Assembly (NCBI GenBank): GCA_045645905.1
Contig: JAZRJT010000016.1
Location: forward strand, 784-64,783
Direction of reading: 5' to 3'
DNA from: Clostridia bacterium
Lineage (GTDB): Bacteria; Bacillota; Clostridia; Monoglobales; Monoglobaceae
Length of the DNA: 64,000 nt
A program made the translations under genes and the position numbers. Positions 8,778 through 17,649 of this stretch are shown here, one piece after another. Numbering within the stretch: the stretch's first letter is position 1; every line of letters starts with the position of its first letter. The notes under the pieces are model-generated. The model was not told where the DNA came from. It was given only the letters and a program-made list of their open reading frames with translations, and did no database searches.

Positions 8778-10151
8778 ATGAAACTAATCTACAACATTGA
8801 TGATAAACCCAAATTTGGACAGCTTATTATCTTTGCTATTCAGCAGTTGCTTGCAATTATGGCGGCAACACTGGTTGTTCCTGTTGTTGTTAACGGTGCA
8901 ACTGGCTCGACAATGAGTTCTGCCGCAGCGCTTTTGGGTGCGGGGGCAGGTACTCTTGTTTATATTCTTTTCACAAGAAAAAAGAGTCCTGTGTTCCTTG
9001 GCTCATCATTTGCATTTATTGCATCAATGTGCACAGCCTTTGCAGGCGGTGTGTCAATGTCACTTGGATACCTTGGCTTAATTATCGGTGCACTTTTTGC
9101 AGGACTTGTTTATGTAATTATAGCTTTGGTTGTTAAAGCTGTAGGTGTACAATGGATAAACAAACTTATGCCTGCAATTGTTATCGGTCCTACCGTTGCT
9201 ATCATCGGTCTTTCACTTGCTGGCAACGCCGTTGGCGATGTACTTAAGGGGAATGTTGTAAATGCTGAAAATATTCAGCTTGCTTCACCTTTTGTGTGTT
9301 TGATTTGTGCTTTGGTAACATTGTTTACAACAATGGCTTGCTCAACCTTTGGCAAAAAAATGGCACGGCTCATACCCTTTATTCTGGGTATTCTTGCCGG
9401 ATATGTTGTAGCTTTGGTATTTACACTTATCGGTAATGCCGCAGGCATTGATGCACTTAAGGTTCTCAGCTTTGACTCATTCGGCTCACTTGTTGATGAT
9501 GGTGTAAATCTTTCTACATTTATTTCACTTCCTGATTTCACCTTCCTTACAGCATTTAAGGGTTTGGGCGAACTTAACGGTTCGTATATAGCAACACTTG
9601 CAGTTGCATATGTACCTGTTGCATTTGTTGTTTTTGCAGAACATATTGCCGACCATAAAAATATTTCTTCAATTATCGAAAAAGATCTCCTCGAAGAACC
9701 CGGTCTTCACAGAACACTCCTTGGTGACGGTATTGGATCAATGGTAGGCGCATTCTTCGGCGGTTGTCCTAATACAACCTACGGTGAATCTGTTGGATGT
9801 GTAGCTATCACAAGAAACGCCTCGGTACTTACCATTTTGACAGCAGCAATTCTTGCAATAGTTATTTCTGCCATTTCTCCCTTTATCGCATTTGTAAACT
9901 CTATTCCTTCTTGCGTAATGGGTGGCGTGTGTATGGCACTTTATGGTTTTATTGCAGTAAGCGGTCTTAAGATGTTTAAGAATATAGACCTTGAGGATAA
10001 CAGAAATCTTTTTGTTGCCAGTGTAATTCTTATTGCTGGTATCGGAGGTCTTACACTTAACTTTGGCAAGGTTACTCTTACACCTGTTGCATGTGCTCTT
10101 ATCCTTGGCATTATTACAAACATTATTCTTTCAAGAAAAAACAACGGTTAA
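8778..10151 (+). CDS. NCS2-family nucleobase permease (uracil/xanthine permease-like)
   Basis: 457 aa, polytopic. The N-terminus PKFGQLIIFAIQQLLAIMAATLVVP and the later segments FAEHIADH and GDGIGSMVGAFFGG are typical of uracil/xanthine permeases. RBS AAAGGAGAG. Confidence 0.85.
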   Translation: MKLIYNIDDKPKFGQLIIFAIQQLLAIMAATLVVPVVVNGATGSTMSSAAALLGAGAGTLVYILFTRKKSPVFLGSSFAFIASMCTAFAGGVSMSLGYLGLIIGALFAGLVYVIIALVVKAVGVQWINKLMPAIVIGPTVAIIGLSLAGNAVGDVLKGNVVNAENIQLASPFVCLICALVTLFTTMACSTFGKKMARLIPFILGILAGYVVALVFTLIGNAAGIDALKVLSFDSFGSLVDDGVNLSTFISLPDFTFLTAFKGLGELNGSYIATLAVAYVPVAFVVFAEHIADHKNISSIIEKDLLEEPGLHRTLLGDGIGSMVGAFFGGCPNTTYGESVGCVAITRNASVLTILTAAILAIVISAISPFIAFVNSIPSCVMGGVCMALYGFIAVSGLKMFKNIDLEDNRNLFVASVILIAGIGGLTLNFGKVTLTPVACALILGIITNIILSRKNNG

Positions 10152-10184
10152 TCTAATATAATTAAATAAAACGTCCAAAACTTC

Positions 10185-10213
10185 TTGACAATCGCGTCAT
10201 TTACTGATATAAT
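10185..10213 (+). promoter_or_regulatory. consensus sigma-A promoter for tRNA-Leu
   Basis: TTGACA (10185..10190), 17 nt, TATAAT (10208..10213). Confidence 0.7.
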
Positions 10214-10228
10214 CAAACAGTAGCATTT

Positions 10229-10312
10229 GCGGCTGTGGCGGAATTGGCAGACGCGCTAGACTTAGGATCTAGTGTCAATGACGTGGGGGTTCAAGTCCCT
10301 TCAGCCGCACCA
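10229..10312 (+). tRNA. tRNA-Leu (anticodon UAG), type II with long variable arm, encoded CCA
   Basis: Folded by hand. The acceptor stem is GCGGCTG/CAGCCGC. The anticodon stem CTAGA/TCTAG closes the loop CTTAGGA. The long variable arm is GTGTCAATGACGT, the T-arm is GGGGGTTCAAGTCCC, and the 3' end is ACCA. Confidence 0.93.
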
Positions 10313-10317
10313 CCGAC

Positions 10318-10351
10318 AAAAAGCTTACAGGATTTGACTGTAAGCTTTTTT
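10318..10351. terminator. bidirectional intrinsic terminator
   Basis: AAAAAGCTTACAG-GATTTGA-CTGTAAGCTTTTTT. The A-run and T-run flank a 13-bp stem, so it can serve both tRNA-Leu (+) and the converging minus-strand ORF. Confidence 0.75.
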
Positions 10352-10366
10352 CGTGTCCGTTATTTG

Positions 10367-10768
10367 TCAGGCGGATACTTCCTCGTATTCTTCTTCGCAT
10401 ATCATACCAATTTCATCTGTATAACTTTTTTCAAGGAATGGTGCTTTCATTCGTATTTCAAGGCGAAGACCATACTCATCCTCATGGATTATTATTTTTT
10501 CTAATAGCAGACACAGATTTGTGTGGCTCAGTTCCTTTTCACTTAATATCTTATCAAACAGATTTGCATTTTCGAGCATTGCCTTTTTTCTCTCTTTGAT
10601 TGTTTTATCAATGTTCTCTATTTTTGCAATCTCATTTTTGAACCCTTCGATTTCTCTGTTTCGCTTTTCTATCACTCGTTCATATCTTTCGGCATTATCC
10701 CTGTCCTTGATTTTCTCCATTAGTATTTGTTCAACTTCAAAGCAGAACTCTTTCATATTTGACCCCAA
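10367..10768 (-). pseudogene. C-terminal fragment of a large serine recombinase (DUF4368-type tail)
   Basis: 133-aa ORF with a coiled-coil stretch followed by LSHTNLCLLLEKIIIHEDEYGLRLEIRMKAPF. This resembles the C-terminal DUF4368 region of clostridial TnpX/TndX-like recombinases. The roughly 400-aa resolvase and recombinase domains are absent. The ORF-track start is TTG, and the first ATG is at 10756. Confidence 0.55.
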
Positions 10769-10784
10769 CTATTGACAAAGAGCC
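10758..10784. repeat. 27-bp exact direct repeat, copy A (TTTGACCCCAACTATTGACAAAGAGCC)
   Basis: Identical to 59128..59154 in the same orientation. It overlaps the 5' end of the recombinase fragment. Confidence 0.9.
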
Positions 10785-10792
10785 AAATTATT

Positions 10793-10834
10793 ATATAAAA
10801 CAATATCCAGCGGAATTTTCATCCGCCGGATATT
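10793..10834 (-). terminator. intrinsic terminator after the large secreted lyase-like gene
   Basis: Minus strand: AATATCCGGCGG-ATGAAAATT-CCGCTGGATATT, followed by GTTTTAT. Confidence 0.65.
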
Positions 10835-10847
10835 TTGTATAGACTAT

Positions 10848-13800
10848 TTATTTTTCATTAGATACAAACAATTCAGTTACAGATACCCAAGAACCTTTGC
10901 TTGAACCATAGAAGCTTACTCTTACATAACGAGCCTTATTTCCAATATCAAACTGTTCTAAGCCTGTGGTTGTACCGCTGTTGTGACCATTAAATGCCTC
11001 GGTATAATTTAAGCCGTCAACTGAGTATTCAATCTTGAAGTTTTCTGTACGTTTGTCACCGCTGAGACAAGAAATATTGAGTTTAAGGTTACCCTCAATA
11101 ACACTGCCCAAATCCATTATCACGTTGCCGCCTTGTTCGTCGGTTGCATACTTGGTTACGAAGTCACCATCAAACAAGTTTGCCACGCCATTCTGAGTCT
11201 GCGGCTCTGATGAAACAGAGTATGCAAAAATCGGGAGCTGTTTGTCGCTGTGGAACTTTGCGGTGTTATTGATAGGAGTAACAAGGAATGAATACTGACC
11301 AACAGCCACACCGTCTTTCTTTAAAATCAGGTTTGTAACACCCGGAACTGTTGCTGCCTTAATTGTTTCAATCTTAACTGTTGAATCAACTGCTTTAGCC
11401 TTGATTTCAGGAACATCAGACTTTTCGGTAACAACAAGCACCGAATAATTATACTTATCAGGGTTAAATGTATTAAGAGGTTTACCATCAACCGTAACTG
11501 ATGCAAGGTTCTGACGGCTTACCTTGTTGTTTTTCCACGATTCAAGCGGAACATAATCAGCCTTTGCGGTATTTCCTTCAATATAAGGCTGGAAGGTTAC
11601 TGCCAGTCTGAAGTTTTTAACATCCTTTCCCTTTTCTGTTCTTACAGCAAGCTTTCTGGCATCACTCAGGACATCACACGCTTTGCCGTGCAGAATATAG
11701 AACGGGTCTTCGACACCATATACAACGTTTGGTGTTTCAAAAGGCGGTTTTACAGATGTCCCATAGGTCTCGTCAAATGCCGCTGGAAGAACCTCAAACT
11801 TGTAGTCACAATCGTTAATAATTGTTGCCTTAATTCTCTGATTGTTCTGTGTGAGAATTGCAGATTTTCCATCCTTTGCAACCTCAATCTGTGCATAGGT
11901 GTGCATTGACCAGAGGAAGTCTGTCTCAGATTTTGCCTTGAAATTATCCTGAACTTCAATTATATTATTCAGCTTGTCGAGCTTGACTCCGCGGATGGCA
12001 GATTCATAAATGTCATTGGTGTCTGTCATATCGAGAAGTGCAAATGAGGATGTATCACTAAACTCGGTTTTAGTAAATTTGGATTTACCTTTGCGGTTCA
12101 TATCATAAGACTTTTCATCTTTTGAGCTTTTGATATTTGTTTCCTGACGATTTGCAATAACCGTGTTGTGTCCTTCACCCTTGATGCGGTAATAGTGACC
12201 GCCTGTAAAGGGATAGCCCTCGGGCCAGAACTCATCAACTCTTTTTTTGTTATAGTGACCAAGGTCACGCAGATTATAATCATCACGCGGCAAATCCATA
12301 CCAAAGCGAACACCGTTCATATCAAGCTGGAATGAACCTACGTCCTTATGTCCGTGGGGGTCGTTATTTGCACCGCCGTGAAGAGCAATTGTTGCATCAG
12401 CGAGACTCCAGCCTGTTTTCAAAATAACGGTAGAGTTGTTTTGATTATATACATCAGCATCATATACATCAAGACCATCATTGTATTCTTCGGTATCAAA
12501 TACCCAGTTTGCAACATCGACAATAGAGCCTGACTGACCCATTTTATCTTTTCTGTACTGAGCAAGCGATTTATTATTTGTCTGGTCGGCACAGAACATC
12601 ATAAGCGGAATTACTGCATCCTCGGGCTGGCCGTCACCAAATGCATAGGCAGTTGTTGCACCACGCATACGGAAGGGGAATGTCGCTGTTTCCAATACAC
12701 CGGGGATTTCAGTTCTGCCCCAGTCGGTACCCATTGATGTCTGCATTGCTTTGAATACCTGTGGGAATCTGGCTCCTGCATAACGCCAATAAGAGATGCC
12801 TTCTGCATATTCCCCGTATGGGAAGTATACAATGGTACCGCCCTCAGTCGCACGGATAGCACCGCGTATTACATCCTGGAAGTACTCGGGGTCTTCATCA
12901 TACATAGCAATAGCTGCCTGCATAACACCGCCGTTGGAAATAAGAGACTGATTGCCTTTGCCGTAACATATACTGTGATACCACGCGTGTCCGTTACAGG
13001 TATATGCATGAAGTGCGTGTTCAAAGACGTTGCGTTTGCATATCTCAACTATGAAATCTTTTTCTTCCTGAGTCCAGTCAACCCAGTCAAATGCGTGGGC
13101 AAAACCATACATTCCTTCGCATGTGCCGAGAGCAGAGTTCTGCTGCATATGCCAGTCGGGGAAAAGCTCGGGGTCCCCAACGTGACAAATATGACGCCAC
13201 ATTTCTGATTTATATTCCGCCTTTTTTGCCTCATCATCAGTAAGCAGATAAGCCGCTGACAAGCTTGACAAATAATCACCGGTTGTACCGATATATGCTG
13301 CACGCTTACCGTCGTGAAGTTTACGTTCAACTCCGGGCTTTCCGATAATTTTCTCTGCTGATACAAAGATGTTGTTGATAATCATTTGAAGCTGTTTATC
13401 TGTTTTTGCACCTTCTTTAATGCGAGCAAGTGACTCAGGTGTGAACTCAATACGCGGATGCTGATTATTGGGGCTGTAGGTTTTTATTGCGGTGTCAACA
13501 TCTTCATCCAAAGGTCTGTCAAAAAGACACATTCTTAAGGTGCGGTTGTAGATATTTTCATCAATTGAAGTATTGCTGGCACCCGTAACTTCATTGCCAC
13601 TTGCATCAAGAGGCATATGCCAATCGTATTCATTTGGTTCATCAAGCCACAAAATGTCATTTTGCAGAATGTATTCTTCACCAAGGAAATCACACAAATC
13701 ATCAACATGCATATATGTATATCCGCCCGTCAAGGCTGCAGGTATATTTAATTTTTTGGTTTTGCCGTCAATACTACAAAGATTTTTCTCGGGAACCAAA

Positions 13801-14879
13801 TTCATAGTTTTGCCGTTATATAAAATTTTTACTGTTCTGGTTGCATCTTCCCATTCTACCTTTGCACCATAGCTTTCGGCAAGAACACGGACAGGAGCTA
13901 TAATCTGATTATCCTTGCTCGTAAATTTCACAGGCATATCAATCACGCGGCTGCCGTCAAAGAATTTATTGGTATGAACAACTGCAAACTTTTTACCTTT
14001 GCTGCGAAGATATGCCATAAAATCATAGCAAGTCTGACGGCTTGAGTCAAACTCATAGCTGGTATAGAATACACTGTCGGTAAATTCCTTCCATTGAGCG
14101 TTGATTACACTGTCATCAACCAATTTTTCTGCTTCATAAATTTTAAGGTCATCAACGTACCAAGAACCTTCGTTATTGCCAACAGACACAGGAAAATCAA
14201 AGCGCACTTCCGAAACATTGAATAATTCCTTTGGCAGTGTTACCGATTTCGGATTGCCGTTAAAATAAAATGTTCCATCGCCGCTTTTAAGGTTAAATGC
14301 AAGATCAATTCTGTACCAGGTATCAGCCTTTATATCTTCGGCAATCAACTGGCTGTCATTGAAATAAACATTATTCCCCTCTATCTTAATAAAGTTAAAC
14401 AGATTATTGTTATCAGCATAGTTTACATCTAGGTTTTTAATAACATTACCATTAAACCAAACAATTTTATCTGTATTAAAATCATCCACTCTAAACGAGA
14501 AGCTTATAACACCATTTTCCTTAATGGGGTAATACTGAATAAGCGCACGTGCCATAGCTGCCTCGCCCTTGATAGCTTCAACCGCATTAAACTTTGCCGC
14601 AAGGTTATCAACATTACCGTCCTTTTCAATCTTGACAACTTCTGTGTTGTTAATGGCAGCAAGACGCAGTGGCTCTTCGTCATAGTAAACGCTGTCTACA
14701 ACAATATATTCAGATTTACAGGGATGCCATACAAATGCACTTGGCTTGTCGCCCACATTATGGTCATCAAAGTTATGGTTCTTGTATATGAGGTATGTAT
14801 CCTGTTCTGCCGCCAGACAGTTTACAGTTCCAAGAACAACCATCATCACAAGAAGGATAGAAAAAAATATTTTTTTCAT
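10848..14879 (-). CDS. large secreted multidomain heparinase II/III-like (polysaccharide lyase-like) protein with carbohydrate-binding/adhesion modules
   Basis: 1343 aa. Recognised segments, from motif recognition only:
- signal peptide MKKIFFSILLVMMVVLGTVNCLA
- copper-amine-oxidase-N-like segment APVRVLAESYGAKVEWEDATRTVKI
- heparinase II/III motif GGANNDPHGHKDVGSFQLDMNG
- cadherin-like beta-sandwich VTVDGKPLNTFNPDKYNYSV
- C-terminal F5/8-type-C (discoidin) module. Confidence 0.8.
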   Translation of the reverse strand: MKKIFFSILLVMMVVLGTVNCLAAEQDTYLIYKNHNFDDHNVGDKPSAFVWHPCKSEYIVVDSVYYDEEPLRLAAINNTEVVKIEKDGNVDNLAAKFNAVEAIKGEAAMARALIQYYPIKENGVISFSFRVDDFNTDKIVWFNGNVIKNLDVNYADNNNLFNFIKIEGNNVYFNDSQLIAEDIKADTWYRIDLAFNLKSGDGTFYFNGNPKSVTLPKELFNVSEVRFDFPVSVGNNEGSWYVDDLKIYEAEKLVDDSVINAQWKEFTDSVFYTSYEFDSSRQTCYDFMAYLRSKGKKFAVVHTNKFFDGSRVIDMPVKFTSKDNQIIAPVRVLAESYGAKVEWEDATRTVKILYNGKTMNLVPEKNLCSIDGKTKKLNIPAALTGGYTYMHVDDLCDFLGEEYILQNDILWLDEPNEYDWHMPLDASGNEVTGASNTSIDENIYNRTLRMCLFDRPLDEDVDTAIKTYSPNNQHPRIEFTPESLARIKEGAKTDKQLQMIINNIFVSAEKIIGKPGVERKLHDGKRAAYIGTTGDYLSSLSAAYLLTDDEAKKAEYKSEMWRHICHVGDPELFPDWHMQQNSALGTCEGMYGFAHAFDWVDWTQEEKDFIVEICKRNVFEHALHAYTCNGHAWYHSICYGKGNQSLISNGGVMQAAIAMYDEDPEYFQDVIRGAIRATEGGTIVYFPYGEYAEGISYWRYAGARFPQVFKAMQTSMGTDWGRTEIPGVLETATFPFRMRGATTAYAFGDGQPEDAVIPLMMFCADQTNNKSLAQYRKDKMGQSGSIVDVANWVFDTEEYNDGLDVYDADVYNQNNSTVILKTGWSLADATIALHGGANNDPHGHKDVGSFQLDMNGVRFGMDLPRDDYNLRDLGHYNKKRVDEFWPEGYPFTGGHYYRIKGEGHNTVIANRQETNIKSSKDEKSYDMNRKGKSKFTKTEFSDTSSFALLDMTDTNDIYESAIRGVKLDKLNNIIEVQDNFKAKSETDFLWSMHTYAQIEVAKDGKSAILTQNNQRIKATIINDCDYKFEVLPAAFDETYGTSVKPPFETPNVVYGVEDPFYILHGKACDVLSDARKLAVRTEKGKDVKNFRLAVTFQPYIEGNTAKADYVPLESWKNNKVSRQNLASVTVDGKPLNTFNPDKYNYSVLVVTEKSDVPEIKAKAVDSTVKIETIKAATVPGVTNLILKKDGVAVGQYSFLVTPINNTAKFHSDKQLPIFAYSVSSEPQTQNGVANLFDGDFVTKYATDEQGGNVIMDLGSVIEGNLKLNISCLSGDKRTENFKIEYSVDGLNYTEAFNGHNSGTTTGLEQFDIGNKARYVRVSFYGSSKGSWVSVTELFVSNEK

Positions 14880-14976
14880 CTGGAAAATCTCCCTTCTGAT
14901 TTATTGATATAATAGTAATATACATATCTCTGTTTTGTCAATGCCATTATACACCATTTATGATACTTTTCCAACA

Positions 14977-16077
14977 TTATTGCAAAAACATAATTAAAAT
15001 TAACAATATACACAATATTCCAAAATTATACAGTGAAAATTCTTTTATGTAATATTTCGCCTGCTCGGGCTGACGCTTCACAAATTCACGGAATGTTATA
15101 AGGCTTGCAAGGGATGCAATTAAAGTTCCTGCACCGCCTATATTCACAGCAACAAGCAGTTGGGGGTAATTTTCGGTAAATCGTGACAGCAATATTGCGC
15201 TTGGCACGTTACTGATAAGCTGGCAGGAAAGCACGCCAAAAAGCAAGGTGTTTTTTTCAATAAGCCAACCAAGAAAATTGCTTATCACCGGAATTCTTGA
15301 CATATTTCCCGCAAAAACAAAGAATGCACAAAACGTCATAAGAAGTGAGTAATCCACCTTTTTTAAAGCCTTTCGGTCAAGAAAAAACAATGCCACAGGT
15401 ATCACAATAAGCCCCCAGATATAAGAAATCGACCTGAAGACAATAAGTATCGAAAAAGCAAACAATACAAGGTAGATTAATGTTCTTTTCCATTCAAGCT
15501 TTTTGTCATAAGCCTTTTCAATTTTCAATTTATTATTATCCACCCTGAGACAACATAGGGTAATCAGAATAATGGAAACAATAAACGGAAAAAACATTAT
15601 TTTGACAAATTCGCCCGTAGGAATATTAAAATAACTGTACAGATAAAGATTTTGCGGATTTCCGAAGGGTGTTAGCATTCCGCCAAGGTTTGCTGCAATG
15701 TTTTGCATAATGAATGTAAAGCTCATATACTCTTCGTTATCCGTTGAGGTAAGAACATAGTACCCCAAGGGCAGAAATGTAATAAGCGCCATATCGTTTG
15801 CAATCAGCATAGACCCTATAAATGTTATGTACACAAGTGCAATAACCGCTGACCTTGTGGTTTTAAAAACCTTGACAATCTCACTTGCAACAATTCTGAA
15901 AAAATAGATATTTTTCAATGCACAAACCACCGCAAGAGTGCAAAACAGACAAGTCAACGTCTTGAAATCAAAATAGCCAAGATACTCACCATCAGGCGGT
16001 ACAAATATCGACGTGATTACCGCAGCCAGAATTGCAATACACATTACCTCGTTTTTAAGAATAAACCTTTTTACCAA
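14977..16077 (-). CDS. ArsB/NhaD-superfamily anion permease (YbiR / citrate-transporter-like)
   Basis: 366 aa, polytopic. It carries the GMLTPFGNPQNLYLYS motif typical of this permease superfamily. The ORF-track start is TTG, and an alternative ATG lies at 16044. Confidence 0.7.
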   Translation of the reverse strand: MVKRFILKNEVMCIAILAAVITSIFVPPDGEYLGYFDFKTLTCLFCTLAVVCALKNIYFFRIVASEIVKVFKTTRSAVIALVYITFIGSMLIANDMALITFLPLGYYVLTSTDNEEYMSFTFIMQNIAANLGGMLTPFGNPQNLYLYSYFNIPTGEFVKIMFFPFIVSIILITLCCLRVDNNKLKIEKAYDKKLEWKRTLIYLVLFAFSILIVFRSISYIWGLIVIPVALFFLDRKALKKVDYSLLMTFCAFFVFAGNMSRIPVISNFLGWLIEKNTLLFGVLSCQLISNVPSAILLSRFTENYPQLLVAVNIGGAGTLIASLASLITFREFVKRQPEQAKYYIKEFSLYNFGILCILLILIMFLQ

Positions 16078-16132
16078 TTTAACACCTGCTTTTATGTATA
16101 TTGAGCGGCAAATACGCCGCCCTGAATATCTG

Positions 16133-16624
16133 TCACAAATACTTTTTCATATGCCCAAGTGCATTTTTTTCAAGCCGTGAAACCTGAGCCTGGGAAATCC
16201 CTATTTCGTTGGCAATTTCCATCTGTGTTTTGCCTATAAAAAATCTCAGTTTTAGTATGTTCTGCTCGCGCAGATTTAAATGCTTCATTGCTTCTTTAAT
16301 TGAGATATTCTGCAACCATGAATCATCAAGATTTTTTTCATCCTTTACCTGATCCATCACAAAAACAGCATCACCGCCATCGTGATACACAGGTTCAAAA
16401 AGTGAAACAGGATCCATAATTGCATCAAGGGCATTTGAAATTTCCTCACGCTTCATACCCATTTCGGAAGCTATTTCTTCAATTGTGGGTTCTTTTGAAT
16501 TTTTGTTTATAAGCCGCTCCTTTGCAGAAAGTGCTTTGTATGCCGTATCCCTAAGCGAACGGCTGACACGTATTGATGTGTTGTCACGAAGATACCTTCG
16601 TATTTCCCCGACAATCATCGGCAC
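16133..16624 (-). pseudogene. sigG: 5'-truncated sporulation sigma factor SigG homologue (regions 2.4-4 only)
   Basis: 163 aa: (V)PMIVGEIRRYLRDNTSIRVSRSLRDTAYKAL...DPVSLFEPVYHDGGD...FFIGKTQMEIANEIGISQAQVSRLEKNAL. This is collinear with residues ~96-260 of Bacillus SigG. About 95 N-terminal residues (regions 1.2-2.3) are missing. The ORF begins with GTG, 21 nt after and in frame with the eamA TAG. Confidence 0.7.
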
Positions 16625-16645
16625 CGTTGTCCTTTGGGGAAACAG

Positions 16646-17542
16646 CTATTTTACGGGCTTTTTAAGTTTTCGGGGAACTATCTGAGATACAATTATACCA
16701 ATAAATATGCATATAGAGCCCACATACCCTCTACCTGTCATAACCTCGTGCAGAACAATTGCTCCCCCAATTGCACTGAACATCGACTCTGTTGAAAGAA
16801 TAATTGATGCATAAGTTGGGTCAGCATGCTTTTGACCAATAATCTGGCAGGTATAAGCCACACCAACCGACATAAGTCCGCCATATAAAATCGGTACAGC
16901 AGCAGCCTTTAATCCCTCGATTGTTATGGTTTCGCCCGCAAAGGCAAAAACCAAGCCCAGTAAACCGCATGCTACAAATTGAGTCATAGCAAATCGTATC
17001 GAATAAATTGAATTAACAAAACGGTCAATAATGAGTATATGAAATGCCCAGAATACTGAGTTGCACAGCAGGACAGCATCGCCATAGCTTATCTGCCACT
17101 TTTCGTTTATGCAAAGCAAAAACATACCCACAACAGCAAACACCGCACCAATCCATATATTAATGTTTGTTTTCTTTTTAAGAAAAATCCCGAAAATAGG
17201 CACCAAGACTGTATAAAGTCCGGTTATAAAACCTGCCTTGCCTGCACTGCCTGTAATCTCAATACCAATCTGTTGCAACGATGATGCAATAAAAAGTATT
17301 ACCCCGGCAACAATTCCCACAAGAATGGTTAAGCGTAATTTTTTTACATGAGCCTCAGCTTCTGCTTCACGCTTTTCAAAAGCCATTATAACCGGAATCA
17401 GAGAAAGAGCACCCAAAGAAAAACGCACACCATTAAATGTAAATGCCCCAACAAAATCCGCTCCCACCCTTTGTGCGACAAAGGCAAAGCCCCAAATCAT
17501 TGCTGTCATCAGCAAGATACCAAGTGACTGTATTTTTTTCAT
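16646..17542 (-). CDS. EamA/DMT-family transporter
   Basis: 298 aa with 10 TM-like segments in two EamA-type halves (MTAMIWGFAFVAQR...). Confidence 0.85.
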   Translation of the reverse strand: MKKIQSLGILLMTAMIWGFAFVAQRVGADFVGAFTFNGVRFSLGALSLIPVIMAFEKREAEAEAHVKKLRLTILVGIVAGVILFIASSLQQIGIEITGSAGKAGFITGLYTVLVPIFGIFLKKKTNINIWIGAVFAVVGMFLLCINEKWQISYGDAVLLCNSVFWAFHILIIDRFVNSIYSIRFAMTQFVACGLLGLVFAFAGETITIEGLKAAAVPILYGGLMSVGVAYTCQIIGQKHADPTYASIILSTESMFSAIGGAIVLHEVMTGRGYVGSICIFIGIIVSQIVPRKLKKPVK

Positions 17543-17610
17543 ATATGCAGAGCTCCTTTATACATTAAAAGTCCTTCGACATTATACAACTAAATTCATT
17601 TTAAGTCAAG

Positions 17611-17644
17611 AAAAAACACCCCGGAAGTTCATTTTCCGGAGCGT
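17611..17644 (-). terminator. intrinsic terminator after the sigma/anti-sigma pair
   Basis: Minus strand: CTCCGGAA-AATGAAC-TTCCGGGG, followed by TGTTTTTTC. Confidence 0.7.
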
Positions 17645-17649
17645 TATCT

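Noticed and set aside
10235-10504. The 89-aa plus-strand ORF starting inside tRNA-Leu.
   Set aside because: Its first 26 codons are the tRNA gene itself, and it runs through a terminator. It is an artefact of ORF calling.
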